In this document: positions 26,758 to 39,815 of the stretch, one piece after another
How positions within the stretch are numbered: the first letter of the stretch is position 1
Layout of the letters: the number at the start of each line of letters is the position of its first letter
Assembly: GCF_018977255.1 (NCBI RefSeq)
Contig: NW_024704742.1
Location: 45,944,001 to 46,008,000, forward strand
Length of the DNA: 64,000 bases
Source: Callorhinchus milii
Taxonomy: Eukaryota
Direction of reading: 5' to 3'
Made by a program: the position numbers and the translations under genes
The notes under the pieces: generated by a model
The model's input: the letters and a program-made list of their open reading frames with translations, nothing else
What the model was told of the DNA's origin: nothing
The model's database searches: none

Positions 26758-26812
26758 ATAGTTGGGGTCAAACAAGACCCCAAGGTTCCAGATTGGCTTA
26801 GTAAGGTGATCA
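26758..26812 (-). mobile_element. L2 continuation upstream of the LTR insertion
   Basis: Minus strand reads LTKPIWNLGVLFDP, matching LTKPVRNLGVLFDS of the 7835 copy. Confidence 0.85.
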
Positions 26813-27853
26813 ACACTAGAGTCAGACTTGTTGGCACAGGAAACATTACAAACAACTCTAAGTACAATAAAAGATGTATCCAAAGGGCTACTCGGACTGG
26901 CCAATGCTTCTAGTGAACACATAAACTCTACAGAACACATTCCAAACAACAGAAAGGCACAGAAAACAAAGGGGTGACTGAAACAATACTGAACAATAAT
27001 TAATATTCTTTGCATTATTACATAGCTACAACATCATCACTAATTATTGATATGTGTCGTGACTGTGATTTGTGGATAGATACAGCAAGCTATTTACATA
27101 AAGCATATCACAGCAACAGACAAAAGGTAACTGATCAATTTATTGTGCAGGATATCAGCACTTTGGGACATCCTCCCGACATGAAAGGTGCTATATAAAT
27201 GCAATTTGTTATTGTTCTTAGTTAGGACCCTGAGGGAAACTTGCTTCTTTTCAAATGATATCAAGCAATTTTTAATATTTGGCTGAACTGGCAGATATTT
27301 TTCTTTTCATTTTAAAATAGAAACCAGGTTTTTATCCCGACAGATAAAAGAGACTTTAATGGAAAAGTGATGAAATGTAATCATGTATTTAATAAGCAGT
27401 CAATGAAAATACCAGTAATAGGGAAATTAAAATTTTTCACTGAATAAAAAATATCATTGACTTCTCTACCTCTCAAGATTGATATAATTCTCTAACAGCT
27501 GCTAACAGTGCAACTCTGTGAAACCAGTTCAGTGCAAAGAAATTCATAAAGTGAACCTCTGACTGAAATATTACATTGGCTGCAATGGCATCTCAGGCTC
27601 ACCTACTATCCTGCAGGACCAGCTATCAAGCCAATCAAAGCTGATTACAGGATGTAATAATTGTTCTCAGCAGATTGGTTCTTTTCTCAATCTACTTGAC
27701 TACTTTGCCAACCTAAGTTGCAGACTGTAATGTGGCTATGTAATGTCATTGTGACATTGGTGTTAAGAGGCAATCTGCAATACGGCAAAATTTCCCCCTT
27801 GCTCCTCCCAAACTTGGGATTTGTTTAATTCATTAAAGACCTGAAAAGGATGT

Positions 27854-28020
27854 TAAGGACCATTGTTTTAAAATTTAAGCCCATGCGGAGTTTTGGAAAA
27901 TGATCTTCAGTTCAGTCTTTATTTGGAAGCCGATTATCCAGGTTGGAAAAATGCCTAAGACTGAATTTAAGATGCATTCCAAAACTCTGCCTGGCCTTAA
28001 ATTTTAAGACAATGGTCTTA
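27854..28020. mobile_element. Palindromic MITE-like element, subfamily A
   Basis: taaggaccattgttttaaaatttaagcccatgcggagttttggaa versus reverse complement of right arm taagaccattgtcttaaaatttaaggccaggcagagttttggaa. Confidence 0.75.
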
Positions 28021-28524
28021 AACCTAAGAACATTAGTAATCTCATGTCCTAGGTATCATCTTTTTTTCAGGCAGCAAAAGCACTAAAGGAGAATTCACAT
28101 ATCCTGTATATAAATATTATAAGTAATAATTTAGCGTAGGCTTCATTAGGATTTAGGTAAATTTTTGGTTATGATATAGAGTAAGTTAAGAATATTTAGA
28201 ATCTGAACAGTTAGAAATATAAAAGGAGGACTTTACATTGTGTATATTTTGGAAAATATTCACAATTTAGGCACTGAAAGAGCTTGGATTGAGAGAAGCA
28301 TATAAAGGAAAAAATGTATACTCGCACATGTATACCTTCATTCCACTTCCCAGCCAATATTGTAACCTGATGTTAGGCACTCAGATACCTCCTGGGATGC
28401 AAATGACTAGAACAAGTTGCCAGGAACGGTGGTTGAGGCCAAGACAAGGGCTTATTTAAAAAAAGTTTGATGTAGTGATAGGAGAATGGTAGCGTGAGTA
28501 TTCTGGAAGGATGAGATATGATAC

Positions 28525-29235
28525 TATAATAATAATAATCTGTGTATATTGATATTGTTCCTTATAACGTCATTGAGACACCTCAAAGCACTTCACAGAA
28601 TATACTGCTAAATGAATTGACTGTATCTTTTGTGGGTGAAACACAGCAGAAAATTGCGCACAGCAGAGTCCCACAAACAGTTGTGGATTGAGTGACCACA
28701 TTTTATTCTTAATATTTACAACAACAACAAAATTACATTTATAGAGCGCCTTTCACATCGGGAGGATGTCCCAAAGCACTGACGCTTTATTTATTTATAT
28801 GGTTTTAATGGATCATTACCCCCAGATAATAACAATAATAATAATCCTTTCATTTCATATAGTGCTTTTCACGTCTTCTAGACGTCTCAAAGCGCTTCAC
28901 AGAATATACTGTAAAGTGAATTGACTGTATAGATTTGTGGGTGAAATGCGGCAGCCAAATGCACACAGCAGTGTCCTACAAACAGTCATGGATTGAAGTG
29001 TCCAAATTATTATTGTTTTTTTTCTTGAGGATTATTATCAGGCGTGTGGAGTAAGGAAACTTGCCCAAGGTTTCACAAGCAATCCGCCAATCGACTAACA
29101 TCCGGGTTCCTACTTACTGATAAGTAAACAGAGGCAAGTGGGGTAAAGAAACTTGGATAAGGTTTCGCCCTACCTGGGAATTAAATCGTGTCCTCTCGTT
29201 TGCGAGGCAAGTGCTCTAACCAATACACTATGGGT
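28525..29235 (-). mobile_element. Cluster of stacked SINE copies plus an L2 tail
   Basis: SINE 3' part 28525-28710, L2 tail 28718-28785, SINE 28826-29075, long-form SINE 5' part 29076-29235. Confidence 0.85.
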
Positions 29236-29469
29236 CTCTACAAATATGCTTAAGGATCTTCTTCATTCAAAGCATCGTATGATGTTGTGAAAAATACATC
29301 AATGAAGGTTAATGGTACAGGAGGTAGCTGGGAAATGGGGATTTATCTTAAGTGTATAAGACAATAAGAATAAAAAGAAGGAAATCAGCTGATCCAACTC
29401 ATTCAACTATTCAAGCCAAAATTCAGGATTCTTATAGTCAGGAACGCATATATGATACTCCAATGCAAA

Positions 29470-29690
29470 ATGACACTCCAATGCAGTCTAGGGGTGCAGT
29501 GCGCTGGGTAGCTGGAGGTGCTGTCCTTCAAATGAGCCCCCGTTCAGGTGAGCGTTCCACGGCACTATTTGAAAAGGGATTTTTTCCCAGTGTTCTGGCG
29601 AACAGTCTCTGAAATAAAGTTGGACATTCACTTTACAGCTGATTGAAGGACATTGATGAACGCAAAATGGGCTACCACATAATGCACCGT
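29470..29690 (+). mobile_element. Older DeuSINE, central part
   Basis: tgacactccaatgcag...ggaggtgctgtccttc...ggcactatttgaaaag. Confidence 0.6.
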
Positions 29691-30659
29691 CACTCAACAA
29701 CAACAGCTTGCATTTATATAGTGCCATCCATGCTAGGCGGCGTCCCAGAGCATTTAAACAGTATAGTATATCCAGTACAGTATATCCTATGAAGAAATGC
29801 CATCCCCATGTGAAAGGTCAATACCAAATTTAACAATTATTGTTATATTCAAGAATTTTTCCCCACTTTCTCTTTGGTGCCAAGCCGGTGAGTGAAGTTG
29901 GGCAATCTTCCCATTGAAGAATAAATGGTAAATGATATCACTGAGGAACCTGGATTGTAAATAAACTGTCGGTGGTATTGTCACCTGCATATATTTGAGT
30001 CTTTTACTTAATAGAGTGTGGTAATTGTTACCATCTAAGGAGTTAAGAGCAAATTAAACCAACAATTAAGAGCAGTCTCAAATGCAGGTATAGTGGTTAC
30101 TATTTACCACCGGAGTGTTAAACAAGGAAGCTATTAAAGCTCATTTTAACTGAGGATTAATAGCTTCACTGCATTTGAAAATTGTTTACAGTGAAATCTT
30201 AAATGTTCCTGCTGCAACCCATAAGAGTTCTTGGATTATATCTCCCACCGGAAGTCATTCCGCATGGCTGTTCACTGATTAAGGAACCTTTGAATTTTTA
30301 AGCAATCTTTGTTTTCTGTCTAGAGCAGTGTGTAAAATAATAACAATAATAATCCTTGCAGTTGACATAGCACCTTATCACATCTTCGAGACATCTCAAT
30401 GCACTTCACAGAATATATTGTAAAGTGAATTGACTGTTTAGTTTTGTATTTTTTAAAAACCGGTGTGAAAAAAATCAAATCAAACTGATGAATTACTTGA
30501 CTCAAGGCAGACCACCTTTTACATATTTGTTGGAAGATTCTAATGACTAGAGCATGGGAGCAGCTGGACACAAAACTATCAAACAGCATCTGCTTCACAA
30601 CCTGAATAATGATAATAACTCTTGCATGTTTGTGTCATGTTGAAGAAAGGACAGATATA

Positions 30660-30870
30660 CAGGACAGCTAAAGTGTGACTCTTGATCGTGGTGGCACAAC
30701 CGAATTCAATCCTGCCTTCACCTGACATTCACACGTATGGACCTTCCAGAAAGCCTCTGGATAGCAGCCCAAAAGACCCTGTCTGCTTTTCCACTGAGGC
30801 TGCTGATGCCAATTATAGTGCTCCAACTGCTGTCAATCAACTCTGCCAAGGCTGGGATTTTAACCTACAA
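30660..30870 (-). mobile_element. Ancient SINE, second family
   Basis: atcctgccttcacctgacattcacac...gccaattatagtgctcc, similar to 22020-22350 and 38580-39220. Confidence 0.5.
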
Positions 30871-32113
30871 TTTTCTAATCTCTTTACATTGGGTTAAACT
30901 GTACAGTTTCTTTCCCCTTAGGGAGAACTTCTCCTTGCGATACTAAGGAAGTCGTTAAATGGTTCATAGATGGCATCACATGGAGACATCTCTGCAGGTT
31001 CAGCCATGGATTGGAGTGGGATACCTGCTTTCTGCAATAATTCAAGTTTTCTTTGTAATCATGGCAACATTGGAATTTGATCAGCAACACCATGGATCTG
31101 CTTGTTGGAGGTGCACTGTTAGCAGATTGAAAACAAAATGCTGTGTTTTTTAACAGACAGTGATGTCCACAAAATTGGGGAGGAGGAGTCATGAACCCTA
31201 GTTGTGTCTCCATGGGTAAGCACGTAAATCCTGCAATTTTCAGATACCATGGAGGATTTTTTCCTTGCTTTACAATTATAAGTATTAAGATTACATTTTG
31301 GACTGTTAGAATATTTTGGGAAAAGCCGTACATTAAGTGATAATTATCACATCACACAACACATTTATCCCCACTCTAAGGTTTAAATATAACAGCTGTT
31401 CATCCTGTTATGTGGATGCTCTTCAAGCCTTATGTACATATTTTAGTTCTCCACTTTGTGAATGATATCACTGAGAAAGAGGTTGCATATTAATATATTA
31501 CAATAGTTTAATTTAGGGGGATAGAAAACAATTTAAAAAATCATGAACAAGAGTCAGGATGGCAGTAAAGATGGTAAAAAGAATTCAAATAAACAGCTGG
31601 CAATTCCACATGAACAAACTGTCCACTCTCAACAAAACAATGCTAAGTATCTCTGTCACACTTTAGCCAACAACAGATTGGATTTACTGGTCACCTACAA
31701 AGACACAACTGTCCAGACTGAACTGTTTGATATCCCTCAGTATCTATGATGATACACATACCAATTATAGCAGAGGAAGATAACATCCAGAAGTCACATT
31801 CAATCATTTGAACTAACATCCAACACTGAGGTCAAAGAGGATTCTAAGGATTGTAAGGAAACATTTGAAATCATTAATGGTCAAAGACTGTGACCGCAAC
31901 CTCAGTCTCTGAACTGTGAAGGAGACATCACAAGAGTTCATGTGGTGGATGGAAAGTTGTAGCTAGTACTGTTAATTGGATGACCATATTGGTTTGATAT
32001 GTGCTCAAGCAGATGGTTTACATCTTAAAGTATGTTAACTGTTTGGTTAATTAGGAGAGAGACTAGTATCTCAAACCAAATGGTTATCACCTGTGTCCTG
32101 TCAAAGGGTAGTT

Positions 32114-32636
32114 TTTTAGGGCCAGGAGCTGTCATAAAACAAAGATATCACCACATTCGAGAATATTTTGTGGCCTCATGGTGTCTGTTGAGGAGATGTG
32201 ATTATTGATTTTACCTTTTGACTCTGCTCATTAGTAAATATATTATGCTGATGATATATGCCCTACCTCGTATAGTAAGATGATTGGACAAAACAACTTT
32301 GAGTTGTGCCAACCTAGTTGGACAAACCAACTTCAAACTCCACCTCTGCAAATAATATTGATGGACATAGATTTGGAGGTATATAAAAGGAGGTTTAGCC
32401 AAAAATCATTAAAGAGTGTCTTAAAGAACCAGCACAGAGACTGCCAACCCCTCTCAGAGAAAGGTAACTGATCACTACCCTCTTCTCTGACATGGTCACT
32501 GCTTTATCTAATAGATATTAGACATTGACTTATGTTCTTCTAATATATGATAATCTGATTAATAAAGATTGTAATTGATTATGACTCTTTTGTGTCGCAT
32601 TCAAATTATTTATACATCCCGATATAAGCCCTATAG
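32114..32636 (+). mobile_element. Probable decayed LTR
   Basis: Eroded inverted ends ttttagggc...gccctatag, purine run aaaggg just upstream, TATATAAAA near 32380, AATAAA at 32561. Confidence 0.4.
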
Positions 32637-33871
32637 GATAGAACAGTAAATAATACAGGGTCATGATGTGATTCAGAGATTCCATCCATTACATTGGTTA
32701 TGCGCTACGTCTACCATATGTTGCCTGCATTACTACAAAAATATGTTACAAAATGAGCGCCCTCCTTTTATGAATTCATTTTATTGGGGTTTGCTGAATC
32801 ACATTCAGTCTGCGATAAACCCATCACTACAACTCCCAGCAAAAGCTGTGCTGCACTGGTGCAAAAGTAGATGTATCAAACAGCAGTGTCACTGCACATT
32901 CAACGCCTCCCTTGTGACTTCTGTTCCCTGTTCTGTTATTCCTACTGTCTTCAAGATTTCCACTGTGATTGCTGCACATGGTGTCTTGGGGAGTACAAGT
33001 ACATCCCATCCTTCTGTTTCCTTTGGCACTGCTACAGACCAGTTACCTGACTCATTTGTCACCTTTATCAGCGTCTGAATCAGACAGATCCTCAGCTGAT
33101 AATTCTGACATAATTCGTGCTACTGAGAGGCTGAAGGAGTCACACCACTACTTGCACAGCCAATAGCAACTCCTTTACTGGTGCAGTACTGTGAATGATA
33201 GAAGGCAGAAGTTCAGTTTTTACATCTCTGGGGAGATCTGCAATGCAAGGGACATAAACTAACAAAGAAACATCTGTTATCTGGCACCGTTTTACAGTTT
33301 ATCCAGAGGATGAACTCAAGGCTGTCTACACTAATAGCAAAGTTGGCATTAACAGGGGCAAACAAAAGAGACTCCAAGAGATTGCGGTACTAATGAACAT
33401 GTCTTCCAAAGGTAGCATACAAAATAGTTGTCACTGGGAAATAAGCGTTAAGACATTGTTCTGCGATGTATGGTAGTGAATGTACTGCCTCTGGTTCGTA
33501 TTGGAATACATCTACCATGCAAAGCTGCTAGTGTTTTCCACATATAAAAATTTCTAGTGCAATACGGTTGAGACATCTCTTTCATTACAACAGAATACTT
33601 GTGCTGCTGACAGTGTTATCCAATCCTGTGAGATTTCTCAGAATTCCCAAGCAAAACTCAGCATAACAGAACTTGATCTCACACTGTTTTTCCATAATGC
33701 GATCAAAAACTAGCAATACATTTTACATTCATTAGGTACAAGAGGCACAACGACATCAATTATTCCTGTTATGCCTTCCATCCCCAAAATCAAAAGACAA
33801 TTCTTTTAACGAAAGATGTAGTTTGGGGTTTATCGCAGACTAAATGACAAAAAAAGTAATATTTTCATCAC

Positions 33872-34262
33872 ATAATAATAATCCATGCATTTGGTACAGC
33901 TCCTTATCACATCAGAAGGATGCCTCAAAGCTCTTCACATGAATTACTGTGAAATGGAGTGACTGTGCATTTGTAGGCAAACACGACAACAAAATTACGC
34001 ACACCAATATCCTACAAACAGCCACAAAATAATAATCAATTTTATTTGCGAGATTTGTTGGCCAGGACATCAAGAGAAACTCTCTTCTCTTTTCCAATAG
34101 TGTTGTGGGATCTTTAATGTCCATCTTAACAGGCAGATGGGATTGTGCATTGTACAGGGGAAAGCAGCAGCCAATTTGCGCTCAACAATATCCCACAAAC
34201 AGCCAAGTAGCGAATAATAATAGAGAAACTTGCTTCTCTTTTCAAATAGTTCTATGGGATAT
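33872..34262 (-). mobile_element. Older DeuSINE with a partial second copy
   Basis: Tail plus tgggatctttaatgtccatcttaacaggcagatggg; the Deu segment recurs at 34155-34262. Confidence 0.7.
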
Positions 34263-35054
34263 TTACCCTATTTCCAGCTAGATATTTATCTAGGTGTTTT
34301 TAAAGAATTTTTGACGATTATTAAGTGATTAACAAGAAAAATATTTTTTATTTTGATCAAAAAATGATATAATAAAGCCATCTGTTGTATAATAATTAAT
34401 GTCTTAGTCCAGAACATTTTTTTTAGAGAAAACTATTTACACTCATTTAGGAACTAAATGCTTAAGGCTAAGATTATAACAAATCATTTGGGCAGAATAG
34501 AATAGAAGGTGCTTTATATCTACCTACAAATTCATAGTTATTGCACTTTACAGTAGAATCCTGTGAAGTGCTTTGAGATGTCCTCCTGACATGAAAAGTG
34601 CTGTATTAAATGTAATAATAATTATTATAATGTGGTTGATATTTACCAGGCTGAGAGTGCTCCATATCAACAATAGATTAGCAAACAAAACATTGGAAAA
34701 GTGTTCCTTTTGCCAGCAATGGCATTCCTCACTGGGATGAACAATACATTTACCAGAATAAATTAAAAGTGCAAGCAAAACAAATGGTGGAGTTAGAGCA
34801 AACAGATATCATGCAATACCTTACTAAATTGAAAATTTGCTCTGAGTAGCACACTCGTGTGGCACAGAAATAAGAAACAAATAAACTGCATACTGTTTGT
34901 GTGTTTCTTAAGCAATTTCACAGGTTTGTAATGTTAAGATATATTGTGAACAGTAGACAAGATGTGAGTTATCTGACAAAAAGGGATTTTGTAAATTGAC
35001 ATATGGAATCATTTGTGTGTGTAAAAAAAAATGTGGTGTCTGATAATATTGATC

Positions 35055-35400
35055 ACAGTTAGTGCTCTCATCTCTAAATTAGAAGGTTGTGGGTTTCAGC
35101 CCATATAAGGACTTTAAATAGGATGCTGGGTGAGTGCTGCATTATTGAAGGTGCACTGTGGCAGATGACATGTTAAAGTAAGGTCTTGTTCACCTATTTT
35201 TTGGGGATGTTAAACATCCCTTTGCACTATTTGAAAGGAGGTTCTCCCACTATTCTGGCCAACAATCCACCATATCAAAAAAAAAATCCAAGTTAAGAAG
35301 ATACAGCAATACAATTTACAGAAAAACTCTGTGAAACACTGTGTGATGCTTAGTTGTAATAAAATGTTACACCAAATACAAAGATAATTAATATAAAGCA
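35055..35400 (+). mobile_element. Older DeuSINE, degraded
   Basis: agaaggttgtgggttt head, gcactatttgaaag Deu segment, eroded tail. Confidence 0.55.
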
Positions 35401-36579
35401 CATTTATTTTCTACAATCGTGTTGTTTTTTAAAAAGGATTCAATTTTATTTTGTTCTTTGATGAAATTATTAAGATCGCCTAAACAGGTACTCTCCTCTG
35501 CAAAGCACAGTTGGAGAAAATAATGAACTTTCTGATTGGGATTTTCTTGTGGACAGGAAAATTACAGGCTTCTTGCCTATTCATTATTAATTGCAAGGCT
35601 AACAAGATATTCAGAACATAAAATGATGCTTCACTAAATGCCAAGGTACTTCCGTCCTTGAATAATTAATTAAGAAAAGAAAACCAGAATTGATCTACGA
35701 GAACCACCTGATACATGACATTTAACCTTTGGGGTTTCTGAGTTCAAGATATTTCCTTATAGTTTCAGTACAGAATGCATTTAAGGGGACTTGAGTTACC
35801 ACACTACATATTTCCTAACTAATCAATAAGAAATTAAGACGCAGAAACAATAACCTTTGACTCCAAACCACCAAAGAGCCATCCAAAGATCAGTTCCCTG
35901 GAGCTTGTCAACATGTGTCCTTAGCAACATATGCCAAGCAAAATGGAAGTGAAGTAGCCAAATGCTTCTAGTCTCTAAATTTAAAGCACATTGTAATTAA
36001 TTTCAACCAACTAGGCATTACTGCATTAATTGCATTTTATTTTAAAACGCAGAAATTCTAATAGCTTACTCTCAGGCACAATACTCTGCTTCGAGTGCAG
36101 AACCTTTAGAACCTTTGTGTTGATAGAAGTCTTGCATCTGACATTATTATATGTTTGGGTGGGGGGGAGAGGGGGATGTATTGGGGGGCATGACTTCATC
36201 CAGTGAATTGGAGTATTGAAAATTCCATATCACTATCAGCAAAGAGAGAGAAATTGATCCCTGGCCAAACATAATAACAATAGAAATGGTTACTCACCTT
36301 GTTATGTTAAAATTGCTATACAAATTGGCTGTTTATAAAGCAATCACTGCATGGGACAATATATACTGAAAAGCTTTTGAAACATTTCATTGTGATCAAA
36401 GTTACAATAATTCAAGATCTAATTGAATAATAATTCAAATTTCATATCCATAGATCATTAAAGTTTGCATACGTGGAAGCAGATAATAAGGCAAGTAGGA
36501 ATATAAAAGTGAGCAGGTACAGCTCCATCTATGCAGAGTAATTTTAAGACATCATTTGGAGCATTGTTTTCAATTCATT

Positions 36580-36900
36580 GAATCATAGAAATTTACAGCA
36601 CAGAAGGACACCATTTGACCATTTAAGCATTAGCTTTCAGAGCAAACTGTACTGTAAAATCCCACCTTATACCCATACCCCATTCAAGCTCTAACTTTCA
36701 TATATCTATCTAATTCCTCTTGAAACCTACAATGGGCTACCACCTTAATTGCAGGGCATTCCACATCCCAAAAACTCTGTGTGAAAACATTTTCCCCAAG
36801 CTCTTCTTTCACCTTTCTTGTGGCTATATATATATATACCCTAGTGATTGCATCCCTTACAAGTAGAAATAGTTTCTATTTACCCTGTCAAAACCCCAGC
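36580..36900 (-). mobile_element. CR1 3' fragment
   Basis: gaatcatagaaatttacagcacagaagga...gcattccacatccc...ctctgtgtgaaaa. Confidence 0.65.
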
Positions 36901-37327
36901 GCCTAATTTTAGGAAGTATATATTGCCTTAGAAGGTAACTAGCAAAACTTAACTGAATAAATACATGGGTTGAAGGAGTTCAGCTTTGATGAGAGGTTGG
37001 GATGACTGCATTATATTCTTTAGAGCAGAGCTGGTTAAGATGTGTTTTGATTGAGATATTTAAAATAAAGAAAGGAATTAATATGTTATATAGTGACGAC
37101 TCTTCCCTGTTGCAGATGAATCCATTTCAAAGGGCCATAACCTGAAAGCAAGTACAAAGACAGCTAGAACTGAGGTCAGCAAACATTTCTTCACACATAG
37201 TGTTGTGAAGATGTGGAATAATCAGCTCCAGAAAGATTACGTGGAGTCAATAGGGAAGTTTAAAAGAGGGATAGACAGATACTTGCATAGTGGAGATATT
37301 AAAGGGTACAACAAATTAGCTGGGTTT
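36900..37327 (+). mobile_element. CR1 ORF2 C-terminal fragment
   Basis: aaacatttcttcacacatagtgttgtgaagatgtggaataat reads KHFFTHSVVKMWNN, like the CR1 FFTxRVVxxWN motif. Confidence 0.75.
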
Positions 37328-37900
37328 ATCCTCCAGGGGGGAGGTAAGGGGAGTCTCCTTGGAGGTCAACTGGCATGAAGGTGACATGCCTGGCAACGGA
37401 ATATCGGAATCGAGCCCGTGGTGGCATTCTTGGTATTCTGGTTCCTGAGCCTGGTGCGTCTGCAGCATTCCAGGGCACAGGAGAAGTGTACACAGCCAGC
37501 CTGGCTCATTGGCAGAAGCTGGAAGGGCAGACCAGTCACTGGGGGAAGGGAATCATTCCACTCAGCTTCTGTTAACCCTGCAAGCCGAAACCCTAATGGG
37601 TAGAGTGGTCCTAACTGAACAAGCAGCGTGAAAGCTTGCCAGACAGCAATATCAATGGCAAGCTATGCGGTTTTAGCTGGTTAGACTCCTGCAGTACCCC
37701 AACACAGACTCCGGGGTCCCCAATCTTTGGCACTTCCAAACCTGCGCATAATACTTTCCAGAATTAGGTAAGCCGGATGCATCCCTCCAGGGAGCGAGTC
37801 CCTATCTGCGATTTACATGTGTAGGTGGGATGCATGGAAATCTCAGCTTGGTTTGGACAAGCTTGGTGACGGGTGTCAGACACCTATCAACCAAAAAAAA
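37328..37900 (+). mobile_element. Unclassified A-tailed retroposon insertion
   Basis: GC-rich block ending in a stem-loop and A8, flanked by AGCTGGG at 37318-37324 and 37900-37906. Confidence 0.6.
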
Positions 37901-38579
37901 GCTGGGCTTTGGGATTCAAAATCTATCAAGATCTAATAAACTAGTGGAACAATTTTAGTGGATGTAAAAGGTAATACAAATTAATTAATTAAGTTTTTTT
38001 TTAATGATGAAGATGTTTTACCTTTCAAAAATCAAGCTTATTTTGTAAGATCTTCCTTTGACATAAGTATTGCATTCAACTGTAAACTGCAGTTAATACT
38101 GAATCATCCCATCTGCTGCTTTTTCAAAAGTCATGAGGCCTGACGATCTTTTGGCAGGTATTTTCTAGACATGAGTAAATATGGGTGTAATATTGGGAGG
38201 TTCAGCTACAGAAAAATTAAATGTGTCTCTTGGTCCTCATGGCATCCCTATCCCTCAAAACCTGAAGTTAAAACTATTGATAACAACAGAGAAAACACGG
38301 AGGCATTGTTTTTTCTGTGCAACCATTTCTCCTTTAATTACTCCCCATCCTCCTCTTCCCTTGAGACATTTTGATTTGTTTTCTTCATTTTGTACACAGT
38401 TAAGATGCCAGGCAATTCCAAGCACTTTGCCCACCCCAATGTCCATTATTTTTCATGACCCTTGACAATGATATTTCAGCCAATTTGTTTCATTTTTTCA
38501 AAAAAAATAGTGTTTCGATTATTTTTTATTGGTTCTCCCCATTGGGATATGGCTCTCTGCCCCTGGTCTGGTATCTTCT

Positions 38580-39220
38580 TGCTAAAGTACAGTTCCATGG
38601 ATGCTCAGCACCCTCAAGTATTTAAGTGACCTTTGGCAACAAGTGTCAGCAGGTTACTCTACTGTAGAGAGCATCATAGCTGAGCCTGAACTCACCTCAC
38701 CCTGACATTAACAGGTACTGAGGAGAGATAAAAATAAAGGGCCCTAAGTGGTTTTACTCTCTCTAATCCTGGGAAGGTTGGACCAATTTAATCTCCCCAC
38801 TTATCCCCAGCTTAGACCAAATAAACAAGCACAGACCAAGATTCAAACCAACAAGCTTCTAGTCCAATACCATCAGGGCACTGATTGCCCCCATTGCACT
38901 CTATTTGACCATTTATACATCTGAGCTGAGCCCACCTTGTCTTCACCTAATATTTACTCACACATGATTTTCAACGACTCAAAGTGCTTTACAGAATATA
39001 TTAGAAAGTGGATTGGCTATGATGATAGCAGCCAGGAACAGATAACCTTGCTCATTTTACCCTCCTTCGGAGCACGGCTTTGAAGCCAAGTGCAGGGCCA
39101 ATTTCAGCAGCCCAGTTGAAATCAAATAACTGAGCACAAACCAGGAATCAATCATTCAACCTTGTGGTATGTATGGCTTAGTGCTGAAATGGACAATTCC
39201 TTTACCCACTATTAAAACTG
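38580..39220 (-). mobile_element. Two tandem copies of the ancient second SINE family
   Basis: gctgagcc...ctcacc...gcacagacc motifs occur twice (38580-38880 and 38920-39220). Confidence 0.5.
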
Positions 39221-39419
39221 AGCTGACAGCTCTTCATAGTAATTATTTTGCTAATTAATGGAAATGTAATACATTGGTATAGCTAGTTAGTAGGTACCAT
39301 GGAGAATAGAAATTTGTTAGTAGTAAATCTTACATTGTGAAAAAAAAACTCATTCTGCATTCATACATCAAATAAAACTTTGTTCAATATTCCCAAAAGT
39401 CTCATATGGAGAAAACAAG

Positions 39420-39815
39420 TAACAACAAATAACAGATTACATTTGGATAGCGCCTTTCACTTTGGGAGGCCATCCCAAAGCACTGGACAGTCAATGATTT
39501 GGACCCAAGCTGGGGGTTGGGATCAGGAGGGCGTTGGAGGGCAGGGAGGGTAGCAGGGTGACCGGAGGTGTGGTTGAAGAGGATGGTCGTGAGATTTGCC
39601 GCTGATGATAGGATGGACCGGGCGGTGACATGGAGCAGGCTGGGGCACACTGAGTAGAGGACGCAGACAGTTCTATATGGAGCTTGCAGTTCACATAGTT
39701 ATGGAGGAGTAAGGCTGTGGAGGGCTTTGAAGCCAAGGAAGAGTATTTTGAACTCTATCCTCTGAGGGATAGGGATCCAGTGGAGTAGGGCAAGGACAGG
39801 GATGATAGGTTCATG
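39420..39815 (-). mobile_element. L2 3' fragment
   Basis: Reverse-complement tail and an LHWIPIPQRIEFK-like segment. Confidence 0.8.

Noticed and set aside
26810..26980. Open frame STLESDLLAQETLQTTLSTIKDVSKGLLGLANAS...
   Set aside because: About 55 codons with no start or splice sites and no recognised family.
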